Positions 29,965-38,986 are shown, counted from the stretch's first letter. The stretch: 64,000 nt of DNA from Bacteroidales bacterium (GCA_036171595.1 JAVHRJ010000602.1:136-64135); one strand, 5' to 3'. The notes: generated by a model not told the origin, from the sequence alone. Program-made: numbers and translations.

Positions 29965-30225
29965 ATGAAAAAACTTTTTGGACTTTTAATGATTGCAGGA
30001 ATGATGTCATTCGTTGCATGTGGACCTAGTGCAGAAGAGCAAGCTGCTGCTCAAGCTAAAGCTGACTCTTTAAAAGCTGATTCAATTGCTCAAGTTGAAG
30101 CTGCTGCTGCTGCTGTTGAACAAGCTAAAGCTGATTCAATAGCTCAAGTTGAAGCTGCTGCTGCTCAAGCTACAGCTGATTCAATTGCTGCTGCTGATGC
30201 AAAAGGTAAGAAAAAAGGAAAATAA
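29965..30225 (+). CDS. Small alanine-rich repeat lipoprotein
   Basis: Lipobox (MSFVACG). The mature part is almost entirely A/Q/K/D/S/E in repeats (AKADSIAQVEAAAA x2) with a KGKKKGK tail. It has a -7 box 27 nt upstream and a hairpin terminator directly downstream. Confidence 0.6.
   Translation: MKKLFGLLMIAGMMSFVACGPSAEEQAAAQAKADSLKADSIAQVEAAAAAVEQAKADSIAQVEAAAAQATADSIAAADAKGKKKGK
30052..30200 (+). repeat. Tandem 54-nt (18-codon) repeat inside the Ala-rich lipoprotein gene
   Basis: The 39-nt core aaagctgattcaat(t/a)gctcaagttgaagctgctgctgct occurs at 30073-30111 and 30127-30165. Partial copies flank it on both sides. Confidence 0.8.
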
Positions 30226-30243
30226 TATTTTCTTTTTAAACCT

Positions 30244-30277
30244 AAAAAAAGGTTGGCATTTTTGTCAGCCTTTTTTT
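30244..30277 (+). terminator. Rho-independent terminator of the Ala-rich lipoprotein gene
   Basis: Stem ggttggca / tgtcagcc (includes G-U pairs), extended by a flanking A-run and T-run. A T7 tract follows. Confidence 0.6.
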
Positions 30278-30410
30278 ATGCCTACATTTTTGGAAAATAA
30301 AATATTGTTTTTTCAAAAAAAAACATTTTTTAATCGTAATTTTTGTAAATTATTTATACTTTTAAGGCAATAAATTATTGTAATTATTAATTATTAAAAA
30401 ATCATAATAT

Positions 30411-31550
30411 ATGAATTTTGAATTTACCGAAGAGCAAAAAATGATTCAGAAAGCTGCTAAAGATTTTGCAGAACGAGAATTATTACACGATGTAATTGAA
30501 CGAGATGAGAAATCACTATTTGCTACTGAGCAAGTAAAAAAATTAGCTGAACTTGGGCTAATAGGAATGATGACCGACCCTAAATGGGGTGGTGGCGGAA
30601 TGGATACCATTTCTTATGTACTTGCAATGGAAGAAATTTCAAAAATTGACTCTTCGGTTGCAGTTTTAATGTCGGTTTGTAATTCATTAGTAATTTGGGG
30701 TATAGAAACATACGGCAATGAGTCACAAAAAGAAAAATATTTAAGACCTTTGGCATCAGGTCAAAAAATTGGAGCATTTTTATTATCAGAACCTGAAGCT
30801 GGTTCTGATGCTACTTCGCAAAGAACAACAGCCGAAGATAAAGGGGATTATTATTTAGTTAATGGAACTAAAAATTGGATTACAAATGCAAATTCTGCAT
30901 CTACTTATATTGTTATTGCCCAAACATATCCAGATAAAAAACATAAAGGAATAAACGCTTTTATTGTTGATAAAAACACTCCAGGAATAACACTTGGTCC
31001 ACACGAAAATAAAATGGGAATGCGTAGTTCCGACACACATTCTGTAATGTTTAACGATGTTAAAGTTCCTAAAGAAAATAGAATAGGTGAAGACGGCTTT
31101 GGTTTTACTTTTGCAATGAAAACTTTAGATGGTGGACGAATAGGAATTGCATCTCAAGCACTTGGAATTGCTTCTGGAGCTTTTGAACGTGCTGTAAAAT
31201 ATGCAAAAGAAAGAAAAGCATTTGGAACTGAAATAGCTAATCATCAATCTGTTGCTTTTAAACTCGCAGATATGGCAGTTAAAATTGAAAATGCACGAAA
31301 CCTTTGTTTAAAAGCAGCCTGGCTTAAAGACCAACATCAACCTTATGGATATGCAAGTGCAATGGCAAAACAATATGCTGCAGATATAGCAATGGAAGTT
31401 ACTACTGAAGCTGTTCAAATTCATGGTGGTTATGGGTATGTTAAAGAATATCATGTTGAACGATTAATGCGTGAAGCAAAACTTACTCAAATTTATGAGG
31501 GAACTTCTGAAGTTCAAAAAATTGTAATTTCAAGAACTATTTTAAAATAA
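30411..31550 (+). CDS. Short/branched-chain acyl-CoA dehydrogenase (butyryl- or isovaleryl-CoA dehydrogenase type)
   Basis: 379 aa with ACAD motifs (GAFLLSEPEAGSDA, QIYEGTSEVQKIVISR). The gene is immediately followed by etfB and etfA. Confidence 0.9.
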   Translation: MNFEFTEEQKMIQKAAKDFAERELLHDVIERDEKSLFATEQVKKLAELGLIGMMTDPKWGGGGMDTISYVLAMEEISKIDSSVAVLMSVCNSLVIWGIETYGNESQKEKYLRPLASGQKIGAFLLSEPEAGSDATSQRTTAEDKGDYYLVNGTKNWITNANSASTYIVIAQTYPDKKHKGINAFIVDKNTPGITLGPHENKMGMRSSDTHSVMFNDVKVPKENRIGEDGFGFTFAMKTLDGGRIGIASQALGIASGAFERAVKYAKERKAFGTEIANHQSVAFKLADMAVKIENARNLCLKAAWLKDQHQPYGYASAMAKQYAADIAMEVTTEAVQIHGGYGYVKEYHVERLMREAKLTQIYEGTSEVQKIVISRTILK

Positions 31551-31581
31551 TTTTTATAAACTTTTTTAATATTTAAACTAA

Positions 31582-32328
31582 ATGAAAATATTAGTTTGCA
31601 TAAGTAATGTACCGGATACAACTACAAAAATTAAATTTGTAAATAATAATTCATTTGACAGTAATGGAGTTCAGTGGATTATAAACCCATGGGATGAACT
31701 TGCCCTTACTAGAGCAATTGAGTTGAAAGAAGCAAATGCAGGAGCAATAGAAAACATTACAGTTATTCATGTAGGATTAAACACCTCTGAACCAACAATA
31801 AGAAAAGCCCTAGCAATAGGTGCTGATAAAGCAGTTCGTATTAATGCCGAGGCAAAAGATTCTTACTTTGTTGCTGCACAAATTGCTGAATATATTAAAA
31901 AAGAACCTTTCGATTTAATTTTATGTGGAATTGAATCAAGCGACTATAATGGCGTTTCTGTTGGCGGTATGTTATCTGAGTTATTAGATTATACTTCAGT
32001 TTCTGCTTTATCAAATATTGATTTAACAAATGGTGAAATAAAATTAAAACGCGAAATAGATGGAGGACATGAAGTTGTTTCGGTTGCATTTCCATTTGTT
32101 GGAATTGTTCAAAAAGGAATTGCTAAAGATGCACGAATTCCTAATATGAGAGGAATTATGATGGCTAAAAGTAAACCATTACAAGTTGTTGAACCAGAAC
32201 AAATTGAAAATTTTACCGAGTTTGTAAGTTTCGAATATCCAAAATCAAAAGCTGCTTGTAAAAAAATTGATCCTGAAAATGTAAAAGAATTAGTTAGTTT
32301 GCTTCATAACGAAGCTAAAGTAATTTAA
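31582..32328 (+). CDS. etfB: Electron transfer flavoprotein beta subunit
   Basis: 248 aa with the EtfB pattern (KILVCISNVPDTTTKIKF, INPWDELALTRAIELKE). Confidence 0.9.
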   Translation: MKILVCISNVPDTTTKIKFVNNNSFDSNGVQWIINPWDELALTRAIELKEANAGAIENITVIHVGLNTSEPTIRKALAIGADKAVRINAEAKDSYFVAAQIAEYIKKEPFDLILCGIESSDYNGVSVGGMLSELLDYTSVSALSNIDLTNGEIKLKREIDGGHEVVSVAFPFVGIVQKGIAKDARIPNMRGIMMAKSKPLQVVEPEQIENFTEFVSFEYPKSKAACKKIDPENVKELVSLLHNEAKVI

Positions 32329-32371
32329 TTGGTTATTAAATTTAATTTTTAAATTATAAAAAATAAAGAAT

Positions 32372-33340
32372 ATGTCTATATTAGTTTTTGCAGAAAATTG
32401 GGACGGGAAGTTTAAAAAACAAACTTTTGAACTTATTTCTTATGCCAATTCATTGTCGAAATCAACAAATAGTCCTGTTGTGGCAATATCTATAGGTAAA
32501 GTAGAAGACGATGAACTTAAAAAACTTGGTAATTATGGTGCAACTAAAATTTTAAATGTTGCTGATAGTCGATTAAACTCACTTGATAATAAAGCATTTA
32601 CAATTACTATTGCACAAGTTGCAATAAAAGAAAATGCTGATATTATAATTTTTCCTCAAAATAATACTGGAAAAGCAATTGCTTCAAGAATTGCAGTTAG
32701 GCTTAAAGCAGGTTTAGTTACCGGTGTAACTAGTTTACCAACATCTATTGACCCATTTACTATTTCAAAAAAAGTTTTTACTTCTAAAGCATTCGCAAAT
32801 GTTATTATTAAAACTTCTGTTAAAGTAATTACAATTTCTCAAAATGCTTTTGGAATAATAGAATCTATAGTAAACCCTGTAATTGAATTATTTACCCCTG
32901 ATATTAATGAAAACGATATTAAAACTGTTGTAAAAGAAACAAATAAAGTTACAGGAAAAATATTGTTAACCGATGCCGAAATAGTTGTATCTGGCGGAAG
33001 AGGAATGAAAGGACCAGAAAATTGGGCACCAATTGAAGAACTTGCTAAACTATTAAATGGGGCAACTGCTTGTTCACGACCTGTTTCAGATGAAGGCTGG
33101 CGTAGTCATGAGGAGCATGTAGGACAAACTGGAAAAATTATTGCACCAAATTTATATTTTGCATGTGGAATATCGGGTGCTATTCAGCATTTAGGTGGAA
33201 TTAGCTCATCTAAATGTATTGTAGCAATAAATAAAGATCCTGAAGCACCTATTTTTGAAGCTGCCGATTATGGTATTGTGGGTGACGTTCTTAAAGTTTT
33301 ACCCGATTTAATTAATTCGGTAAAAGAACTTAAAGGATAA
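32372..33340 (+). CDS. etfA: Electron transfer flavoprotein alpha subunit
   Basis: 322 aa with a C-terminal FAD-binding region (VVSGGRGMKGPENW, GQTGKIIAPNLYFACGISGAIQHLGG). Confidence 0.9.
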   Translation: MSILVFAENWDGKFKKQTFELISYANSLSKSTNSPVVAISIGKVEDDELKKLGNYGATKILNVADSRLNSLDNKAFTITIAQVAIKENADIIIFPQNNTGKAIASRIAVRLKAGLVTGVTSLPTSIDPFTISKKVFTSKAFANVIIKTSVKVITISQNAFGIIESIVNPVIELFTPDINENDIKTVVKETNKVTGKILLTDAEIVVSGGRGMKGPENWAPIEELAKLLNGATACSRPVSDEGWRSHEEHVGQTGKIIAPNLYFACGISGAIQHLGGISSSKCIVAINKDPEAPIFEAADYGIVGDVLKVLPDLINSVKELKG

Positions 33341-33362
33341 TAAATAAATTAAATATTTAAGG

Positions 33363-33393
33363 CCCTAACATTTTATTTTGTTAGGGTTTTTTT
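33363..33393 (+). terminator. Rho-independent terminator after etfA
   Basis: Stem ccctaaca / tgttaggg followed by ttttttt. Confidence 0.7.
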
Positions 33394-33395
33394 AT

Positions 33396-33403
33396 TAGAT
33401 TTG
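33396..33403 (+). promoter_or_regulatory. Candidate -7 box for the four-gene secreted-protein locus
   Basis: tagatttg, 29 nt upstream of the ATG at 33433 and just after the etfA terminator. Confidence 0.45.
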
Positions 33404-33432
33404 TAAAACTCAAAATAAAAATAAAAAAATTT

Positions 33433-34296
33433 ATGAAAATAATTCTCTCAATATTGTTTTTGTTTATAGTAAATTTTATTTATTGTCAAGAAGATATTAG
33501 CAGATCTAAAACATCACCTGAAATTCCCGATTCAGCTTTTGAAAACATGGGAGTTTCTGTTTCTCCCTCAAGTATGCATTTATTTATTAAGCCTGGAACA
33601 TCTGTTTTAAAAGAAATTCGTATTAAAAATTCTACCAAACAACTATATAAATTTAATATAAACTATTGTGATTTTGAAATGGGGAGAAATGGAAAACCAT
33701 TATCTCTTAAATCTGGTGAAGGAAAATATGGGTTATCTAAATGGATAAATGTTGCCCCATCGTATTTTGAATTAAAACCACAAGAAGAATTAAAATTAAA
33801 AGTAGTAATAGAAATACCCGATATTGAAGATGCTTATCATGCAGCTTGGACAATTATTACTATTGATCAAGTAATTGACCGAGAGCCGCTTGATGCAGTA
33901 GATAAGCCAAATCGTATTTCAATGGGTATAACACCAAGTATTGGTTTTGGGATATACGTTTACCAAAACCCACCAAATGTTAAGATTAATAGTGTACAAA
34001 TTGATAAGTTTTTATATAAAGATAGTTTAAATAAACGAAAAATTGAAATGGTAGTTAAAAATACTGGCGATGGAATAAGTTATTGCACTTCTTATGTTGA
34101 GCTAACAAATACAAAAACAGGAAAGCAAGATAAGCTTAAAGTAAAAAGATTTACTATTTTACCTCAATTTTTTAGAGATTTTAATTATGAGTTGCCAATC
34201 GATTTGCCTTCAGGAAATTATACTGCAGTTGGTGTAGTTGATTTTGGTAGTTCAGAAGAAATTATTGCAGCACAAGCCGAATTTGTCGTACCTTAA
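33433..34296 (+). CDS. Secreted two-module beta-rich protein, candidate periplasmic chaperone-like component (hypothetical)
   Basis: Signal peptide (NFIYCQE). There are two ~110-aa beta-strand-rich halves with an Ig-like alternation (VSVSPSSMHLFIKPGTSVLKEIRIKNST.. and KIEMVVKNTGDGISYCTSYVELTNTKTG..). It is the first gene after the etfA terminator and a TAnnTTTG box. The function is inferred. Confidence 0.4.
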   Translation: MKIILSILFLFIVNFIYCQEDISRSKTSPEIPDSAFENMGVSVSPSSMHLFIKPGTSVLKEIRIKNSTKQLYKFNINYCDFEMGRNGKPLSLKSGEGKYGLSKWINVAPSYFELKPQEELKLKVVIEIPDIEDAYHAAWTIITIDQVIDREPLDAVDKPNRISMGITPSIGFGIYVYQNPPNVKINSVQIDKFLYKDSLNKRKIEMVVKNTGDGISYCTSYVELTNTKTGKQDKLKVKRFTILPQFFRDFNYELPIDLPSGNYTAVGVVDFGSSEEIIAAQAEFVVP

Positions 34297-34492
34297 AAGC
34301 AACTTTTTTGTTTTTTTGAAGTATAAAGCATTGTTAATATTACTTTTATAAACAAAAATTAATAAAACAAAATAAAGTTTTAAAATAAAAGATTATTCAA
34401 AATAACATGAAGCATGATATTTTGAAAAGCGTTGAGGTTTCGCTTAGTAAAAACCAAAATTCTTAATTGTTTTAACTTAAAACTATAATAAC

Positions 34493-35275
34493 ATGAAAAA
34501 AATATTCTTAGTTTTTTCCTTTTTAGGATTGTTTTCTGCTTATTCTTTTGGTCAATTAATTGATGAAAAGAATGTTACCGTTACAATGGATTTGCAACCT
34601 ATTTTACAACTTAATATGACAACATCTGACCAAGTTGATTTTGTGTTTGATGATATTAGAGATTATTATGGTGGTATAATTAGATATGCAGCTACTGTAT
34701 TAAAAGTTTCTTCATCTGTAAGTTGGGATTTGTATGCAGTTGGTACATCTCAAGGAAATAATGGTGTTGGTTTTTGGGATCAACAAATGACTTATAGTGG
34801 TGGTGGTGGTGCTAATGCAATTAGTGCTTTGCCATTAAGTTTACTTGAACTACACCAATATGAGCCAAACCAATATGATGCAAATGCTACAGGTGCTCAA
34901 ACCGATTATAGCACTGCTTTTACTCCAGCTAGTGGACTTGCAGTAGGTGTAAACAGTATTTATTATAGTGGAACTCCATATACTGCTCCACTTGCAACCG
35001 AGAAATATATTCAAGGTCATAAAGGAACAGTTGCTGGTCAAGATGGTGCACCTGGCGGAAGCTATTTAATTGCAAACCCTCCTGCTGGTACATTTAGCGA
35101 TTATTATTTTACTATCGATTATCGTATTCTTCCTGGATTACCTGCAATATTTAAAAATGCAGGTACAAATGCTGGTGTTGCTGAAGACCTAGTTACCATA
35201 AATGGTGCTGGTACTTATGCAAATCCTGGTGTTTATACTATGAACGTTAAATATGTTTTATTAGAAGACCAATAG
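34493..35275 (+). CDS. Secreted Gly/Ala/Thr-rich protein, candidate major fibre subunit (hypothetical)
   Basis: Signal peptide. The mature N-terminus is an alternating hydrophobic strand (VTVTMDLQPILQLNM). The C-terminus (DYYFTIDYRILPG ... PGVYTMNVKYVLLE) is paralogous to the next ORF. A hairpin terminator follows the gene. Confidence 0.4.
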   Translation: MKKIFLVFSFLGLFSAYSFGQLIDEKNVTVTMDLQPILQLNMTTSDQVDFVFDDIRDYYGGIIRYAATVLKVSSSVSWDLYAVGTSQGNNGVGFWDQQMTYSGGGGANAISALPLSLLELHQYEPNQYDANATGAQTDYSTAFTPASGLAVGVNSIYYSGTPYTAPLATEKYIQGHKGTVAGQDGAPGGSYLIANPPAGTFSDYYFTIDYRILPGLPAIFKNAGTNAGVAEDLVTINGAGTYANPGVYTMNVKYVLLEDQ

Positions 35276-35283
35276 AAATGCAT

Positions 35284-35316
35284 AAAAAGGATTAACCAAA
35301 ATGGTTAATCCTTTTT
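35284..35316 (+). terminator. Hairpin terminator or attenuator between the two paralogous subunit genes
   Basis: Stem aaaaaggattaacc / ggttaatccttttt with a 5-nt loop. It lies 9 nt after the stop at 35275 and 25 nt before the next ATG. Confidence 0.6.
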
Positions 35317-35340
35317 ATTAACATTTAAAAAATTTACCGA

Positions 35341-35988
35341 ATGAGATTTTGCGGTAAAATTATTCTATTGCAAATAGTTTTATTTCTAACAACTTGTGTT
35401 TATTCGCAACCTTGTTTGAATCCGCTTACAACAAATTGTGCCGATGCAATTGCAGGAACAAGCCAATTTTTAATGTCAACATCTTCAAATGTTAACTTTG
35501 AATTTAGCGATATGCAAAAATATGTAAGCGGAATAACTAATAGCAACTCTACTCAATTAAGGTTAAAAATTGACGAAACAACTCCTGGTCAATGTAAATG
35601 GAAATTAATGATGTACATTGATAATAATGGATTTTTACCTAATAATGAGTGGGAGCCTATTATGTATTATGGAACTTCGGGAACATCTCCAGAACTCGAT
35701 TTAATACAAGTTAAAGTATATAATGGTTGTGGAACTGCCATAAATAGTGGAACGTATCAAATTTTTGCTGCAAATGTTAATTATACAATTTTAGATATTA
35801 TTAATGATCCAATTAACAGAAATATGCCAGGTACTTGCGATGGAACTCAAATTAATGGCCCTGGAAGTTATTTAACAGATTATAATGAATATAATTTTAA
35901 TATAGATTATAGAATTATACCAGGTTATTTATCAAGAACAGGAGTATATCAGATTAAAATAAATTTTTGTTTAGTAGAAGTGCCATAA
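35341..35988 (+). CDS. Secreted Cys-containing paralog of the preceding ORF, candidate minor or tip subunit (hypothetical)
   Basis: Three blocks are shared with the 34493..35275 product: TSSNVNFEFSDMQKYVSGI vs TSDQVDFVFDDIRDYYGGI; GPGSYL..EYNFNIDYRIIPG vs GGSYL..DYYFTIDYRILPG; and GVYQIKINFCLVE vs GVYTMNVKYVLLE. Confidence 0.4.
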   Translation: MRFCGKIILLQIVLFLTTCVYSQPCLNPLTTNCADAIAGTSQFLMSTSSNVNFEFSDMQKYVSGITNSNSTQLRLKIDETTPGQCKWKLMMYIDNNGFLPNNEWEPIMYYGTSGTSPELDLIQVKVYNGCGTAINSGTYQIFAANVNYTILDIINDPINRNMPGTCDGTQINGPGSYLTDYNEYNFNIDYRIIPGYLSRTGVYQIKINFCLVEVP

Positions 35989-35997
35989 ATATTATTA

Positions 35998-38976
35998 ATG
36001 AATAACAAAGAGCAAACAATTTGTTTTTTTCGATTTTCAAAAATTTTTATTTTTTTTGGATTTATATGCTATATTTTCACATCTAGTATCTTAGGTTTTT
36101 CGCAAGATACTATTTCTCAAAATGCACTTCCTATTAAAACTAATAACTTGCAATTTTCATTTAAAAAAGATTTAGTAGAATTTTCGAAGGGTGAAATGGT
36201 ATCCAATGTTTTAACAATATACAATAATAAAAATACTGAAATTAAATTTTATACTGATATTTCTATTCCAACAAACTGGAGTGTGCTTACTCAAAAAAAC
36301 AAACTATATACTATTGCTCCAGGGGATAGCATGTTTATTCCAATACACATTCTTCCAAAAATAAATTTAAAGGGTAGCTCTAAATTTTTATTTACCATTT
36401 ACTTATATAATGAAAATAATGAACCATACGGATTTACCTTCTTTTATGGTGAAATCAAAAAAAATATTTCATGGCAACTGTCAACTATAAATAATAAAAT
36501 TTATTTGCTTAATGGACAATCATCTGCACCATTTAATTTTACACTTGCAAACTCGGGTACAGACGATCAAGATGTTCATCTAACATTATTTAATATTTCT
36601 AAATCTGTATCGATACTCGATTCGGCTGGCATTAATGATGTTAAATTGCCATTAACATTAAATTTAAAATCTCAAAAAGATACTACATTTTACTATACAT
36701 TTTTAAAACATATAGAACCTCGAAATTATAGGTTAATTGATATTGATGGGTATAGGCCATATAGTTTAGGTGAAGAAAAAAAATTCACAATAACTGCTAA
36801 TAGTACATCGCCAAATCCAAGCGATTTTGATAAGTTTAGAATAGGAAAAAAAATAGAATTTGTTCAATTGTCTGATGTTAGAACTGTAAACCAATACGGA
36901 ACAGATGTTATCCCAATTTTATTTGATTTAAATGCGTTTAATATTTTAGGGTCAAACCCTATGATGAATTTAACATTAAGTGGTCAAACATTAATAAACG
37001 AGAAGTCATCAATTATTTACAATTCACAATTATCGTATTATTCTAATTTTTTTACTACTAATCCATACGAAAACGCTACATTATTTTTAGGATATTTTCA
37101 TACTAAATTTAACATTCAATATGGTAATATATCGGGTGGAATATTAGGCACTTATCAAAATGGACAGGGAATAAAATCTGAATATTACATTGACAATAAT
37201 CAGCGAATAGGCGTTTTTTATACAAGAAGTCCACATTTGTTTTCTGGTAATTCTAATTATTCTACTTTTGGCGTAACACATAACTTTCAGAATGCTTTAT
37301 TTAGAATAAATTCGCAATTTGGACATAGCATAAATAGTGTTCAACATAAATTTACAGATATTTTAAATGTAAATATTTCTACTAATATTATTAAAAATCA
37401 TAGTTTTGGAATACGGGCTGGATTGAGTAGAAATGTAAGACAAGATACCGTTGTAGTTAATTATGGAATGATGGGAGGCTTTTACTACAATGGAAAATAT
37501 TTTCATCAAAAATTAAATACTAATATTAATGCATTATTTAACTCTGCATCGTTTGGTTTTATTAATTATGAAAGACTTACGGCTAATATTGGTAATGATT
37601 ATTCGCTTAATAAAAAATGGAAAATAAGTTTAAAAAATAATTTATATAGGTATCCCGATATATACCAATTAGCAAACAAACCTAATTACATGGTAAATAA
37701 TCAAGTTAATTTTAGTAGATTAAATTCTAAAGTTGGAAATTTTTCACCTTATGCCTTTTATAATTTATCGCGTTTTCAGGAATTTAGAGTACATTCTAAA
37801 GGCTTAGGCTTAAATTTAGGTAAATATAATTTAAATGAAAATTATAGATACTTTATTAACTTAATGTCTGGTTATAACAAATCACCCGATACATTAAATA
37901 AAAGCTTTTTCTTTTTTCAATTTGCAGGATTTATGCAAATACGAACAGTGTCTTTTTCAGTAAGATACCAACTTGGCAATTATAGTACAACAAAATCATA
38001 CTATGCATATAATAGTTTAAAAAATCCTCAAAATATTACATTATCTCTTCGGCATCAATATGTATTCCCTCGCCCTGCATTTATATTACAAAACGCTATA
38101 AGCTATTCTTATTCAACTATTTCGGGTAGGAGTGTTAATTTTAATCCAGAAATTTACTGTTATACCAACAATGGTTGGAGATTTAGAGTATTTTCAGAAA
38201 TTAATTTTTCTATAAGTTCAAACTCAAATTTTAAAGAAATATATTATCCAGTTGCTGGTAATTCAGAAAACACATCACCAGTGTGGAATAAAGGATTTTA
38301 TTTGGGGGTTGGTGTTAGAAAAGAGTTTGGAATACCGATACCAAAAACTAAGAAAAAATATTGCACTATTAATTTCATTGCATTTTATGATATAAATGGA
38401 GATGGTAAACGTGATCGTAACGAAGATTTACTTGAAAACGTGGTTGTTAGAACTGACGCTTGGGAGGTTATTACAAATAAAGATGGTGAAGCTTCTTTGG
38501 TGAGTGTGCCAATTGGCCAATATCTTTTTAATGTATTTTCAATTTCCGATTTAAAAGGTTGGTTTCCACATGTAAATGATACTATTACACTTACTAAATC
38601 GGAAAATTTTTATGTGCCTTTTACGCGTGGTATAAAAGTTACAGGTAAAGTTTTTCTTGATAAAGATAAGTTAACTGCTGATGCTGATAAGCAGATGGAC
38701 TTATCAAGAATTAAAATTTCGGCTGTTAATGATAGAACATTTACTACATTAACAAAATTTGATGGGTCGTTTGAGTTTTATATTCCAACAGGCAAATATA
38801 TTCTTACTATGGATGAAAAAGTGTTAGGTGAAAGGTTTCAACTTTTACAAAATAATTTTGAACTTAGTATTGATGTTAAATTTGATAATTTATTTATTCC
38901 GTTTTATATAATTGAAAAACGACGTAAATTAAATCTTATAAAATTCGATTCTAATGGAAATAGAATTAACGAATAA
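35998..38976 (+). CDS. 992-aa secreted or outer-membrane mosaic protein, candidate usher/platform: N-terminal Ig-like modules, central beta-barrel-like region, C-terminal SdrD-B/CarboxypepD_reg-like modules (hypothetical)
   Basis: Signal or anchor at the N-terminus. Two modules resemble the 33433 product in pattern (EMVSNVLTIYNNKNTEIKFYTDISIP; SAPFNFTLANSGTDDQDVHLTLFN). A long Y/N/F/G-rich region has an alternating beta pattern. The C-terminus shows FYDINGDGKRDRNEDLLENVVV..TNKDGEASL and VTGKVFLD..TKFDGSFEFYIPTGKY. Confidence 0.4.
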   Translation: MNNKEQTICFFRFSKIFIFFGFICYIFTSSILGFSQDTISQNALPIKTNNLQFSFKKDLVEFSKGEMVSNVLTIYNNKNTEIKFYTDISIPTNWSVLTQKNKLYTIAPGDSMFIPIHILPKINLKGSSKFLFTIYLYNENNEPYGFTFFYGEIKKNISWQLSTINNKIYLLNGQSSAPFNFTLANSGTDDQDVHLTLFNISKSVSILDSAGINDVKLPLTLNLKSQKDTTFYYTFLKHIEPRNYRLIDIDGYRPYSLGEEKKFTITANSTSPNPSDFDKFRIGKKIEFVQLSDVRTVNQYGTDVIPILFDLNAFNILGSNPMMNLTLSGQTLINEKSSIIYNSQLSYYSNFFTTNPYENATLFLGYFHTKFNIQYGNISGGILGTYQNGQGIKSEYYIDNNQRIGVFYTRSPHLFSGNSNYSTFGVTHNFQNALFRINSQFGHSINSVQHKFTDILNVNISTNIIKNHSFGIRAGLSRNVRQDTVVVNYGMMGGFYYNGKYFHQKLNTNINALFNSASFGFINYERLTANIGNDYSLNKKWKISLKNNLYRYPDIYQLANKPNYMVNNQVNFSRLNSKVGNFSPYAFYNLSRFQEFRVHSKGLGLNLGKYNLNENYRYFINLMSGYNKSPDTLNKSFFFFQFAGFMQIRTVSFSVRYQLGNYSTTKSYYAYNSLKNPQNITLSLRHQYVFPRPAFILQNAISYSYSTISGRSVNFNPEIYCYTNNGWRFRVFSEINFSISSNSNFKEIYYPVAGNSENTSPVWNKGFYLGVGVRKEFGIPIPKTKKKYCTINFIAFYDINGDGKRDRNEDLLENVVVRTDAWEVITNKDGEASLVSVPIGQYLFNVFSISDLKGWFPHVNDTITLTKSENFYVPFTRGIKVTGKVFLDKDKLTADADKQMDLSRIKISAVNDRTFTTLTKFDGSFEFYIPTGKYILTMDEKVLGERFQLLQNNFELSIDVKFDNLFIPFYIIEKRRKLNLIKFDSNGNRINE

Positions 38977-38986
38977 GAAATCGGAA

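Noticed and set aside
30149-30373. 74-aa ORF overlapping the 3' end of the Ala-rich lipoprotein gene and its terminator
   Set aside because: It is an alternate-frame reading of the GCT-rich tandem repeat (the LLLL runs) that continues through the terminator hairpin. It has no independent start context.
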